In this document: piece after piece, positions 38,025 through 48,748 of the stretch
Numbering within the stretch: the first letter of the stretch is position 1
How the letters are laid out: each line of letters opens with the position of its first letter
NCBI RefSeq assembly: GCF_030028105.1
Contig: NC_092374.1
Span: 31,195,016 to 31,259,015, forward strand
Direction: 5' to 3'
DNA length: 64,000 nt
From: Mobula birostris
Taxonomy: Eukaryota
Position numbers and translations under genes: made by a program
The notes under the pieces: model-generated
What the model was told of the DNA's origin: nothing
The model's database searches: none
Seen by the model: only the letters and a program-made list of their open reading frames with translations

Positions 38025-38307
38025 TATCAGGCCTGCATGGGCAGGCATCTCCATCCAGCTAGAATGACCACCTGCAGCTGATTTTAAACCCAGCTCTCAT
38101 CCACAGTCCTCATTCTCTCATATGAACCAGCCTGCCTCCAGTTGCTCCTAGCCTTCAGTTACCTTGTCATGTTAAGTATCTGTCCCCTCTTGTTTTGTGG
38201 CCCCTCATGGCTTATTATTTTGCAGTTGATTATTAAAGTTATCGCTCACTGCTAAGTCGTCTCTGCTGCTCTGTGTTTGGGTCAAGCCTCCTTTACATTT
38301 CCTGACA
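38025..38307 (+). repeat. 3' LTR
   Basis: tatcaggcctgc...attaaa...acatttcctgaca; colinear with the 5' LTR. Confidence 0.9.
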
Positions 38308-39899
38308 CTCAGAACAGATGAATTTTAACCCTGTACTAACTCTATTTTGGATCCAGCAGTGCCTTTTCTGGAAGATGTACTATCCACAGGCTGTAAGGGT
38401 TCTCTGGACTTTATTCACCATATCACACTGCGCTTTAGCAAATAATTGGTTAATATTTTTACCAGTGGTAGCCCATAGTATTATTAATTCTTTGTGATTC
38501 TGTTCATATCTTAACTTTATAGTCTTCTATCTACATGCCTGGAGGAAGTTTTATTATTTTGTTTGATGTTCCTATTTTTACATTAACTTTGTGATTTTGT
38601 CAGATGGTTAAATTGCAACAGTTTCTCTTGACAACTGTGGTTATAAAAGATTCCTCTAACTCATTGCAGTTCTTCATCACCACACAAGAAATATGTTTGT
38701 TCTATGTGATGTTATCTGGTTCCCTTTCTGGAAGGAAAGAGTTCACTCTCTTTATTGCTTAGTTCTTGCCAATTCATTGTACAGAACTTGGAAGTGAATT
38801 TAAAGATATTGGCTCAATTTCCTGAGATACTCTGAGTTTTTGGAAAGAGTTCAAGAACCGGAGTTCAAATTCTCAAGCTCGCCTATTCTCAATTGCCTGT
38901 GAGAAGCCAAGGCTTGTGCTCCACAGCTAAGCACCTAGAGATGAATCATCGAGTGGAATATTACATGAACCGTTTTCCTTACCATGAAAAATAGCTACTT
39001 CGCAATTTTCCGTTATCCTTTGGCCACCTATTTGAATTATAACAACACTCACTTGCCTTTAATTAGTGTTTTTAACGTTGAATAAAATTTTCAGGGCAAA
39101 TCATAAAGGCATGAGAAATGTAAGCATTCTCACTGTACAATATAATGAGCTCTTGCCTATGATAAGAATAAATAAACTAAAAGCTTCTTGATTCAAATTT
39201 GTCACGGATCCAAAACTTTAAGTACTTTTAAATTAACTAAATTATTTATATTGTTTAATTGGTATTGCTGAATAAATCAAATTAGTAATATATGAAAAAA
39301 ATCTGTGTTATGTGAGCATTATCAGTGCCACCATATTCTGTCTCATTCAAGAGGTTTGTTGTGACTACTGCAGGAGCATCCGACTCCAATATTTCCATTA
39401 AAAAAAAATTCAAGAAACATACTTTGGTAACACTTTAGAAAAATAAAACAATATCTTCCATGCAAAGGTAGGGGATTATTGGTTTAGCAGCTCAGTTTTG
39501 TTCAACAGGCCTGAGAAATACTTGCTCCCCAGGTGCAAGGAAGAGTAAAAATGCGAAGAGAACTGTGACCCCATATATATTCCACCTCTAGCACAGTCTT
39601 GTGCTTTCCACTCATTGATACACTTGTTCACCTACTCCCACACTCTCTTCAAACTGACTGGGCTCCCATTTCCCCTGATCTGTTTAATTTTACTGGGTTT
39701 ACTGGGAAATATGCTATAATACATTCTAATATACAAAAAGGTGAATTTTTCAAGTATTATTTATAAGCGGATTTAAAATGGGTTATTAATAGGAAAAACA
39801 TTTAATAGCCTGGAAAATCTGCTTCTCCAGCACCAGCTAAGCCACTAGTGTGTGAGCCTATGTAATTACAGGCCAATCGGTTTATGTTGGTAAGAACAA

Positions 39900-41150
39900 T
39901 GATAAGTAACAGATTTTTTCATTACTAGAATAATGTGGATTGATTAGAGAAAGCATCTTGAATTTGTAAAAGACAAATTGGGCCTACCAAATTAGATAAT
40001 GTTTATTTTTGTGAAGTAATGGAGAGGTTTGAGGAGGGAAGTATGGTTTGATTACTGTACATATTTAAAATCTTTTGAATAGGTGCCACATAATGGGCTT
40101 ATGATAAATATATAAGGCCATAGTTTAAAAGATGCTGTAACAGCATAAATAACAGGAGATAAAGCATAGTACTGTTAACATAGAAACATAGAAAATAAGC
40201 TGCTTTTCACACTAGAGGGAAGTTTTCAGTGTCGTGCTCTACGAATCTATAATAGTAGTAAATCACAAACATGAGAAAGTCTGCAGATGCTGGAAATCCA
40301 AAGCAATACACACAAGGTGCCGAGTTCCTCCAGCATTTTCTGTGTGTTGCAATATTGGTAGTGCTGCACTTCTTAATAAATGTTAATATTTTGGACTTGG
40401 ATGTGCAGGTACAATTCTCTAAGTTACAGATGACATAGAACTTGCAGTCGTAGTGAACTGTGAGTACTGCAAGAAGATAGGCTGGTGCAATGTGCAGACG
40501 GATGGCAGATGAAGTTTAACGTGTTACATTTTAGCAAGAAGAGGGTGAGAGGAGATAAACTAGAGGATGCAGTTCTAAAAGGGAAACTGTACTGTTCTAT
40601 GTTCTTAATGGAAGAGTTCTGCATTTGAAGCCGGCAAGCCAGGTTGAGATAGTAGTTATCAAGCCATATAGAATCTTGGGCATTATCCGTAGGGGCACTG
40701 ACTGCAAAAGCAAGGAAGTCACAAAGAATGTCAATATGAAGCATTGGTTCAACCATAATAAATAATGAGTATTATGTTAATTTCTTGGCATCACATTTAA
40801 GAAAGACATAAAGGCTTTGGGGAGGCCACAGAGGAGACTGACTGAGATGATTCCAGAGATTAGGGGCTTTGATTATAGGTATAGTCTGAAGAAGTGGCTT
40901 GTCCACCTTGGAACAATGGAGTTTTTGAGGAGACAGGTAGTGCAGATAGTTCTTGACCTGGTGGAGAGGTCAAAACTATGGGGGGTAAAATGAAGGAAAG
41001 TAGCAAACAGGCCGAAACTGACACCAAAATTTGTTTTATCGAGTCAGAAGTACACTGCCAGGAATAGTACGCAGGTTAATTCAATGTAGAATTCAAAAGG
41101 GAGTGAGATAAGGGACTCATTGCAGGGTGGTGTGGTGATATAACTAAATG
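39900..41150 (+). mobile_element. Old CR1 LINE
   Basis: tttaaaatcttttgaataggtgccacataatggg (KAFDKVPH-like); tctctaagttacagatgac (SKFADD-like); tggcagatgaagtttaac (WQMKFN). Confidence 0.7.
40261..40350 (-). mobile_element. Collapsed fold-back PLE mini-insertion
   Basis: gcaatacacacaaggtgc and gcattttctgtgtgttgc inverted arms; pLTR tail on the left arm only. Possible degenerate TSD (tataatagtagt / aatattggtagt). Confidence 0.65.
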
Positions 41151-41549
41151 TGCAGTTCTGATTTTCACAGGTCCTCACTGATTTTCTCTGGACATGTCGA
41201 AAGTTTACTGTGCTATGTTATTAAATTACTGAGTGTGTTATCCAGTTCACTAAGGATGCAATCCTCTCAATAAAATGAATCCCATTGCTGAGCACTGCTT
41301 AAAGCATTTATCCAAATCAATGTGTTTGGAGAAAACAGACAATCGTCAATTTGTCCCTGCATGAAACAACAGCTCCAGGAAAGTGGATGTGTGAGCACAA
41401 ATATACTTTCTTGTCTGAGAGACTGGGGATCATTAAAAAGGCCATCTTCAAGGCCCTCTTTGTTAACCCCTCTAAAGACGCTGCCTGACCTGTTGAGTAT
41501 TTTCAGAACTTAATGTTATGTTTCAGATTCTCAGTATCTATTGCCTGGT

Positions 41550-42450
41550 AGTATTACTGATGTCCTCCACATCAGTGAGATGGCTTTGCCAAGCACCAAC
41601 TCTCCATCCACCATGGAACTCCCAGCTGCAAGCTAGTTTAATTTCCCTCCCATTCCCACACAAACCTAATTGACCTCTGCCTCCTCCATTGCCAAGTGCA
41701 AACTAAAGGAACAGCACTTCATATGGCACTTGGGTAGCAGACGGCATGGACATTGAATTCTCCAGTTTGTCCCGCAGTTCAATTTCTGCCACTGGCTGTA
41801 AGGCATTTGTACACTTGCCTCTAGCTTCCAGTTTTGTCCCATGTTCCAAAACATAAGACGTACGGGTGAGTAAGTTGTGGGCATGTTATGTTGGCTCTGG
41901 AAGCAAGGCGACACTAGCGGGTTGCCCCATCACATGCAGAGACGTTGTTGGTCGTTAATGCAAATGATGCACTTCACTGCATGTATCATTGTTTCGATAA
42001 ACAGACAAATAAAGCTGATTCTTGTAATCTTATCTCTTCTCTTTCTACTCCAACTACCTATCAACCACTCATTCTACCCACAGAATCCCACTGCTTTCCT
42101 TGATAGTTTCTATCAACCCCACCTCCCTTATTTGGTTTCATGATCCTCCCTCTCTTCTTATCGGGTTCTACCATCTGCAGCCCATTGTTGTGGCCATTTA
42201 TCCCTTCCCAGCCTTTGTTGCTACTTCCATACTTCCTTTCTCCATGTGCCTATCATGCCTCCTCATCTGCATCCACCTATCACTTGCCAGCTTTTGCACC
42301 ATCCTCCACTCCCTTTGCTCTTTGTACTAGATTATTTCTCCTCTTTCAGTCCAGAATGAAGGGTCTCGACCCAAATTATCAGCTATCCATTTGACTCTAC
42401 AGATCCTGCCTGACCTGTTGAGTTCTTCCAGCAGTTTGTTTCTTGCTCAG
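41550..42450 (+). mobile_element. Degenerate PLE (GIY-YIG end plus pLTR), split by SINE-like insertions at ~41775-42030
   Basis: ggaacagcacttcatatggcacttgggtagc...catggacattgaattctcc (EQHLIF.LG.L...GMNIEF-like). pLTR tttcagtccagaatgaagggtctcgaccc. Confidence 0.65.
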
Positions 42451-43229
42451 TGTAATGAAAGGGTGTGCTTCACACAGTACAACCCTTGATAGTGGTTTCC
42501 ATCAGCAGCCTTGGAAAATGAGTGTTCTGAGAGGTAATATATGAATAATGATATTATTCATCCTTTTTAGTATCTTCAATGGCTTTAATCTTTGAGTTTA
42601 TGAGTACCTGAACAATGGCTCTTGTCCAAAGAGAACTTTTACTTCACTGCAAACATGTGGATGAATAGCAATTTTTTGTGATTGATGTTTATTATCATCT
42701 GGGTTCAAAACAGGCCCAGGTTGAGCTGGACACAATTTTCCACTTGTTCCAATTATCTGCAGCACTTCCAGATGTCTGGCATCGATCCCATTCATCCATA
42801 ACTAATTGTATCCGCATGGTTTCTCAGAATCTATTGACACCACAGCAAATGAGTTAATTAACTAATAAACTGAAGAAGCAAACTTGGGTAAAGACATGAT
42901 ATAGACTTCAAAAGAACAAAAATAAACACATGGTTACAATTAATTTTAAAAAGTTTAGGAATATAAGGATAATAATCTGAATTGAAATATGTTTGTTTGT
43001 ATTGTCTAAATAATGGCTGAAGAGATTTATTCTGTATCATAACCAAGTCAGTGTAGAAGCTATTTCTGTCCCCGTGATAGATGAAGATTTGTTTGAAAGT
43101 ACATTCTGTGCTGACACGCCACATTTTCAGGCCTTGTGACCTGAAACCTATTTCTTTTGCTTCTTTTTCTTAACAGAGTTGAGAAAGACTTGTTTTCACT
43201 TCAGTTCTGTAGGCTCTGAAGTGGATATA

Positions 43230-43800
43230 GGCCAATGCGGGATGGAGCAGTTGTTGCTTGACTGGTTGCACAGGTGGGTTGCAAGGGTTCTCCCCACCTA
43301 TCAATCCCTGTCTTATGGCAGTTTCCCTTGCAACCACAGAAGATGCAACACCAGTCTTTCACCTCTCCCCTGCCCAACATCCAGGGATCCAAATAGTCCA
43401 ATGCAACACATACAAAATGCAGGAGAACTCAGTAGGTCAGGCAGTATCTGTGGAAATGAGTAAACAATCGACGCTTCAGGTCACGACCCTTTAGGACTTT
43501 CACCAAAGCAGCTATTGACTTGAATTTCTTCCAGTCAGAGTATAGTTCAAAACGTGATCTCCTCTACACAGGACAAACCAAACTCAGCTTGGGCAAATGC
43601 TTTGCAGAGCACATGTGGTAGTCCACAGGAGAGAGACTGATCTTCCAGTTGCCTGTCACTTTTATTTCACCATCCCACTCCCACTCTGACTTGAGGGGAT
43701 CCCTTGTGATCCCTCTTGTTATCACAAGGCCCAATACAGGCATGAAGGACACCACCTCATCTTCGGGCTGGCAATGTTGCAGCCTTCTAGACTCAATTTT
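43230..43800 (+). mobile_element. Degenerate PLE GIY-YIG region with an inverted pLTR piece at ~43404-43497
   Basis: cccttgcaaccacagaagatgcaacacc; ctcctctacacaggacaaaccaaactcagcttggg (LLYxGxT-like). Confidence 0.6.
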
Positions 43801-44044
43801 TTTTATTCCCCAACTTAAGAGAGCTTACTCAATTTCTGACCATTATCACATTGGTTTAGATTTTCATACTTGGTGTGTATGGTTTGGCCTTTTGGGCATG
43901 TCCCACAGCCTCACCTTTTGCAACACAGTACACAGATAAAGAAGTTTAATGTGCTGCTAACTGAACCCATTAAACCACTAGGACTCACTTTTTAGAGATA
44001 TTCCCATTGTTCTATCCATCCTCTCAAACCCAAAAACTGACTTA

Positions 44045-44537
44045 CGAGAATGATTCCGGGAATGAAAGGGTTACCATATGAGGAATGTCTGGCAGCTCTT
44101 GGTCTGTATTCCCTGGAGTTCAGGAGAATGGGGGGGGGGGGGGGGTCGGGAATCTCATTGAAACATTCCAAATGTCAAAAGGCCTGAACAGATTAGATAT
44201 GGCAAAGTTATTTCCCATGGTAGGGGAGTCTAGGACAACAGGGCACAACCATAGGATTGAAGGACGTCCATTTAGAACAGAGATGCGAAGAAATTACTTT
44301 AGTCAGAGGGTGGTAAATCTGTGGAATTTGATGCCACGAGTGGCTGTGGAGGCCAAGTCATTGGGTGCATTTAAGGCAGAGATAGATAGGTTCTTGATTA
44401 GCCGGGGTATCAAAGGGTATGGGGAGAAGGCAGGGGAGTGGGGATGACTGGAAGAATTGGATCAGCCCATGATTGAATGGCAGAGCAGACTCAATGGGCC
44501 AAGTGGCCTGCTTCTGCTCTGAATGTTATGGTCTTAT
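44045..44537 (+). mobile_element. CR1 3' end
   Basis: ORF 44085 (GNLIETF...FSQRVVNLWNLMPRVAVEAKSLGAFKAEIDRFL); UTR ending ttatggtcttat. Confidence 0.9.
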
Positions 44538-44866
44538 AACTGACTTGTATTTACCTCTTTCCCAATCCACTTCTGAACCTCAAACACTAATAGTTTCTCC
44601 TTCCACAGACGCTGCCTGACCAGCTGGGTGTTCCCAATAGTTTCTGCTTTCTCTATGCCATTTTCACTTGGTTTCTGTTTACTTCTGAAGGGATCACAGT
44701 TCAGAATAGAGTTCCTTTTTTTTGGACTATGATGGTAGGCACATGGATAATATGGTCCAAGTATTAGAGCTGGATGAAAGCAATCAGGGCCTCAATACAG
44801 AGTCTTTGTTCTGGGAGTGGTTGTTGACATTGATTCATTTATCCTGTCAATGAGTTTGGAGGATTT

Positions 44867-45053
44867 CATACAAAATGCTTGAGGAATTCAGCAGGCCAGG
44901 CAGCATCTATGGAAAAGAGTGACAGTTGACATTTCGGGCTGAGGCTCTTCATCAGGACAGGTATTAGATCCTCAGCCTGAAACATCGACTGTTTACTCTT
45001 TTCCATAAATGCAGCTTGGCCTGCTGAGTTCCTCCACCATTTTGTGTGTGTTG
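44867..45053. mobile_element. Fold-back PLE mini-insertion with degenerate ~19-bp TSD
   Basis: Arms catacaaaatgcttgaggaattcagcaggccaggcagcatctatggaaaagagt / actcttttccataaatgcagcttggcctgctgagttcctccaccattttgtgtg. Flanks aatgagtttggaggattt and aatgaatttcagagggttt. Confidence 0.82.
44923..44959 (-). ncRNA. Minimal hammerhead motif with intact core
   Basis: Minus strand: gtc-CTGATGA-agagcctcagccc-GAAA-tGTC-aact; stems partly mutated. Confidence 0.6.
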
Positions 45054-45537
45054 TAATGAATTTCAGAGGGTTTTACAGAGAAAGACCATGCCTCTAAAGC
45101 ATACAGGAGGTCAGAGGCCACTGCCACTCAAAAACCATGAGCTTAGTGCTGAGCGTCAGGTCCTCATCTTCGAATGATCTTTTCCTCAGGTAGTCAGAGG
45201 ATATGCTTGTGCATTAGGAGTGGTGGTGAATTTCATCAACAGTGTCAAGTGCTGATACCTCCTGAGAAATGGAAACTGATCCATATTTTCCACGACCCTG
45301 TGGCACATAAAATTGACCATTATCTTTCACTACACTTCACCTTCTGTAAAATACTTTCTCATGCCATAAGATCATAAGGAGCAGAATTGGGCCATTTGGC
45401 ACTTAGATTATGGAAGGTGCCATAACAATACAAACCTTCTTAGATCATATTTTAATAACTTGATGGTACTTCCATGTATTTTGATCGCCTGAGCTACACT
45501 ACAGTTACTCAATGCCATTATTAAAAGAATGCCATCC

Positions 45538-46372
45538 ACAAAAGTACCTGCAGATGCTGGATATCCAAAGCAACACACGCAAGATACTGAAGGAACTCAG
45601 AAGGCCAGACAGTATCTATGGAAGAGAATAAAGAGTCGATGTTTCAGGCTGATACCCTTCATCAGGACTGGGAAGGAATATGAGGTCAGAGTAAGAAGGT
45701 GCAGGGAGGGGAGGAAGAAGTGCAAGGTGGTAGATGATAGGTGAAACCGGGGGAAAGAGGTGAAATAAAGAGCCGAGGAGTTGATTAGTGAAAGAGATAA
45801 AGGGCTGGAGGAGGGGGAATCTCACAGGAGGGTGGGTAGAAGACCGTGGGGGAAAAGGAAGGAGGAGGAGCACCAGAGGGAAGTGATGGGCAGGTAAGGA
45901 GATAAGGTGAGAGAGGGAAACAAGAATGGTGAAGGGGGGGGGGCAGTTACCAGAAGTTCAAGAAATCATTGTCCATGCTATCAGGTTAGAGGCTCTCAGA
46001 TGAGATATTAGGTATTGCTCTTTCAACCTGAGTGTGGCCTCATCGCGACAGTAGAGGAAACCATGGACTGACATGTCAAAATGGGTATGAGAAGTAGAAT
46101 TGAAATGAGTGGCTACCAGGAGATCCCGCTTTTACTGGTGGACAGAGTGTAGATGCTCGGCAAAGTGGTCTCCCAAAGTACGTTGGGTCTCACCAATATA
46201 CAGCAGACCACACCAGGAGCACCAGATTATAGTAGATGATCCCAACAGGCTCACAGGTGTAGTGTCACCTCACCTGGAAGGACTGTTTGGGGCCCTGAAT
46301 GGTAGTGAGGGAGGAGGTGTAGAGGAGGTGTGGCACTTGTTCCACTTGCAAGGGTAAGGACCAGGAGGGAGA
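45538..46372 (-). mobile_element. Penelope-like element 3' part (GIY-YIG plus pLTR)
   Basis: Reverse complement parallels 8020-8869 (ctgtatattggtgagacc = LYIGET); terminal tccagcatctgcag tail. Confidence 0.85.
45634..45669 (-). ncRNA. Minimal hammerhead motif with intact core
   Basis: Minus strand: agtc-CTGATGA-agggtatcagcct-GAAA-cATC-gact. Confidence 0.68.
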
Positions 46373-46696
46373 GAATACCGTGGCTTTGCTCTCAACTCAG
46401 AAATATTAGTCAGTTCTTTCATTGCATCTCTTAGTAATAAAGCTGAGATTATGTAGAAATCTGGAACTACTTTAACAGAAAAATGCCAAAATGAGCAGGA
46501 GTTAAGCTAGTTCTTGGCTGCAGGCTGCCCTGGAAGATAGGATAAAGAGAATTCCTTATGAATTTAAATGATGATCTCAAGCTTCTCCATTTCCTCCCCA
46601 GCTGCCCAGGCCTCGCGTTTGTCCGGGAAGGAAGTCCCATGGCAGAATGCCACTGATACATAAGGCAGAGAGGGGGATCATTCTCTGGGAAATAAG

Positions 46697-47205
46697 ATCA
46701 TAAGACCATAATATATAGGAGCAGAATTAGGCCATTTGGCCCATTGAGTCTGCCCTACCGTTTCATCATGGCTGATCCAATTTTCCTCTCAGCCTCAGTC
46801 TCCTGCCTTCTCCCTGTATCCCTTCATGCTCTGACCAATCAAGAATCTATCAACTAATGTCTTAAATATACATAAAGACTTGTCTTCCACAGCTGCCTGT
46901 GGCAAAGAATTCCACAGATTCACCACTCTGGCTAAAGAAATTCCTCCTGTTCTCTGCTCTAAAAGGACACCCCTCTATTCTGAGGCTTTGTCCACTGGTC
47001 TTAAACTCTCCCACCATAGGAAGCATCCTCTCCACATCCACTCTGTCAAGACCTTTTACCAATCGATAGGTTTCAATAAAGTCAGCCCTCATTCTTCTGG
47101 ATTCCAGTGAATACAGGCCCAGAGCCATCAGACACTCTTCATATAACAAGCCAGTCAATTCTGGAATCATTTTTGTGAACCTCCTTTGAACCCTCTCCAG
47201 TGCTT
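46697..47205 (-). mobile_element. CR1 3' end
   Basis: ORF 46862-47170 (LGLYSLESRRMRADFIETY...RRNFFSQ); tail cataagaccataa on +. Confidence 0.9.
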
Positions 47206-48110
47206 TAGATTTGCCTACATCCAGTTTGTTTTCTTTCTAATGTTGTGTTGCCCGAAAGGCTTTCTATGTGTGTTTTTTGCTCTGTTTTGCATCAATATCC
47301 CTGAATGTATTGGAAACAGAACAATAATTGAAGAGTCCGTTGTGTCATCCTGTTACTGTCTATGCTCGGCACAACATTGGGTGTTGGGGAAAGGTGGATT
47401 TAATGTCCCAATAATGAAGAGCGCCTTATGCAATTAATGACAGGACCTCACTTAAATTTACTTCCTATGCGTCCTGTCCAACTACCAAGGCAGAAAGGGA
47501 GCAACCTAAAAAGTGAACAAAAGAAAGATTTAAAAGCAATGGATCAGAGAATTTCTCAGGTCTTGGAAACAAATCAGACACTGAAATCTTTTAACTCGAA
47601 GAGCCCAAGACTTCCAGGAATCATGGCAGCTAACGGAAGTTAAAAAAGGGCAGGATCTAGGTGGCAAGGGCTTGACCTTCCACCCCCGACCCCTGAGACT
47701 AAAACATAACTACTGTAGCTACACACAATCAGATCCCCATATTTAGCCAAACATACAATTATTCATTGTTTACTCATGTCCTGCAGAACGTTTCACCTTC
47801 AATACACATTTCTCTTTGTTCTTTTCGCCTGATCTGGGCATTGACAAGGCCAATAATAATTACCGCTCTTGAAGGAAGTGAATCACTCAGTTAACAGTTA
47901 AATGGCATAGGTGGGGATTGGGTTCAATGAATAGGCCACACTAGGTAAAGATGGTAGATTTTCTCACATATATTCAGAGTTTTTATAACAACTTAGTAGA
48001 TTTGTGGTCATGATTACTATCATTATTAGTTACTTTTCTAAAATTCATAACAGTAACTGAATTTAACTTCATCAGCTGCATTTGTGTGATTTGAACTCAG
48101 GTCTTTAGAT

Positions 48111-48253
48111 CAACACACATAAAAATTGCTCAGACCAGACAGCATCTATAGGAGGAGGTACAGTCGACGTTTCGGGCCGAGACCCCTTGTCAGGACTAAA
48201 TGAAAGAAGAGATAGTTAGTCCTGACGAAGGGTCTCGACCCGAAATGAACTGT
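48111..48253. mobile_element. Fold-back PLE mini-insertion with back-to-back hammerhead motifs
   Basis: Minus-strand motif 48161-48197 (agtcctgacaaggggtctcggcccgaaacgtcgactg) and plus-strand motif 48218-48252 (agtcctgacgaagggtctcgacccgaaatgaactg). Confidence 0.8.
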
Positions 48254-48748
48254 AAAACTATAAAACAAACTGAGTTTCAGATTAGGAAATTCATGGCTAT
48301 TCCAGAGCACAGGTGCTCCCCAGGTTTTGAATAACCAACTTGTGCACATACAAATTTGGGAGACCAGTGGGATGGATTTCTTGGTGTCTGCAGGGTGGAA
48401 AGAGGACTTCCACATGCCTTATACCCTACCTCCTCCCCCTCCCCAGAGTCTCAGCATTTGGGAGTTGGGTTGAGTTGACCATTGCAAGGAGTCCTTGGTA
48501 AACTCACTCACTCACTCAGTCAATGAGGTTGGCTGGTGGCTGTTCTTCTCATGCCTGCTCACTTTCTCACACAGCTGTCTATGATCCTCCTCCACGTACT
48601 GTTTTTGTTCATTTCTGACTTGTGAACAATTGAGGTTGTGAACAGTTCTCAGGTATAGATCTCCAAGTGGACCACAACCTTGTCGTGGTTTGGAAGGTTG
48701 CGTGCCTCAAGGACCTGGAGAGCTATGTTCGCTGGAGTCAGGGCTTTA

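Larger units (their letters stand above)
35088..38307 (+). mobile_element. Gypsy (sushi/chromovirus-like) LTR retrotransposon, both LTRs present, internally deleted (~3.2 kb)
   Basis: 5-bp TSD cttag (35083-35087) / ctcag (38308-38312). RT motifs [47 protein letters not shown]. Integrase GYHPQ..G..ER..Q.VETFLRCF. Chromodomain-like QHLVD*EGYDPKE. PPT aggagtgaggg. Confidence 0.92.

Noticed and set aside
42585-42800. Kinase-like words (VYEYLNNGS, LIFEFMS) and a 65-aa minus ORF ending at a possible GT donor
   Set aside because: Frames close within a few codons, no other kinase motifs and no convincing splice acceptor; I cannot support an exon.
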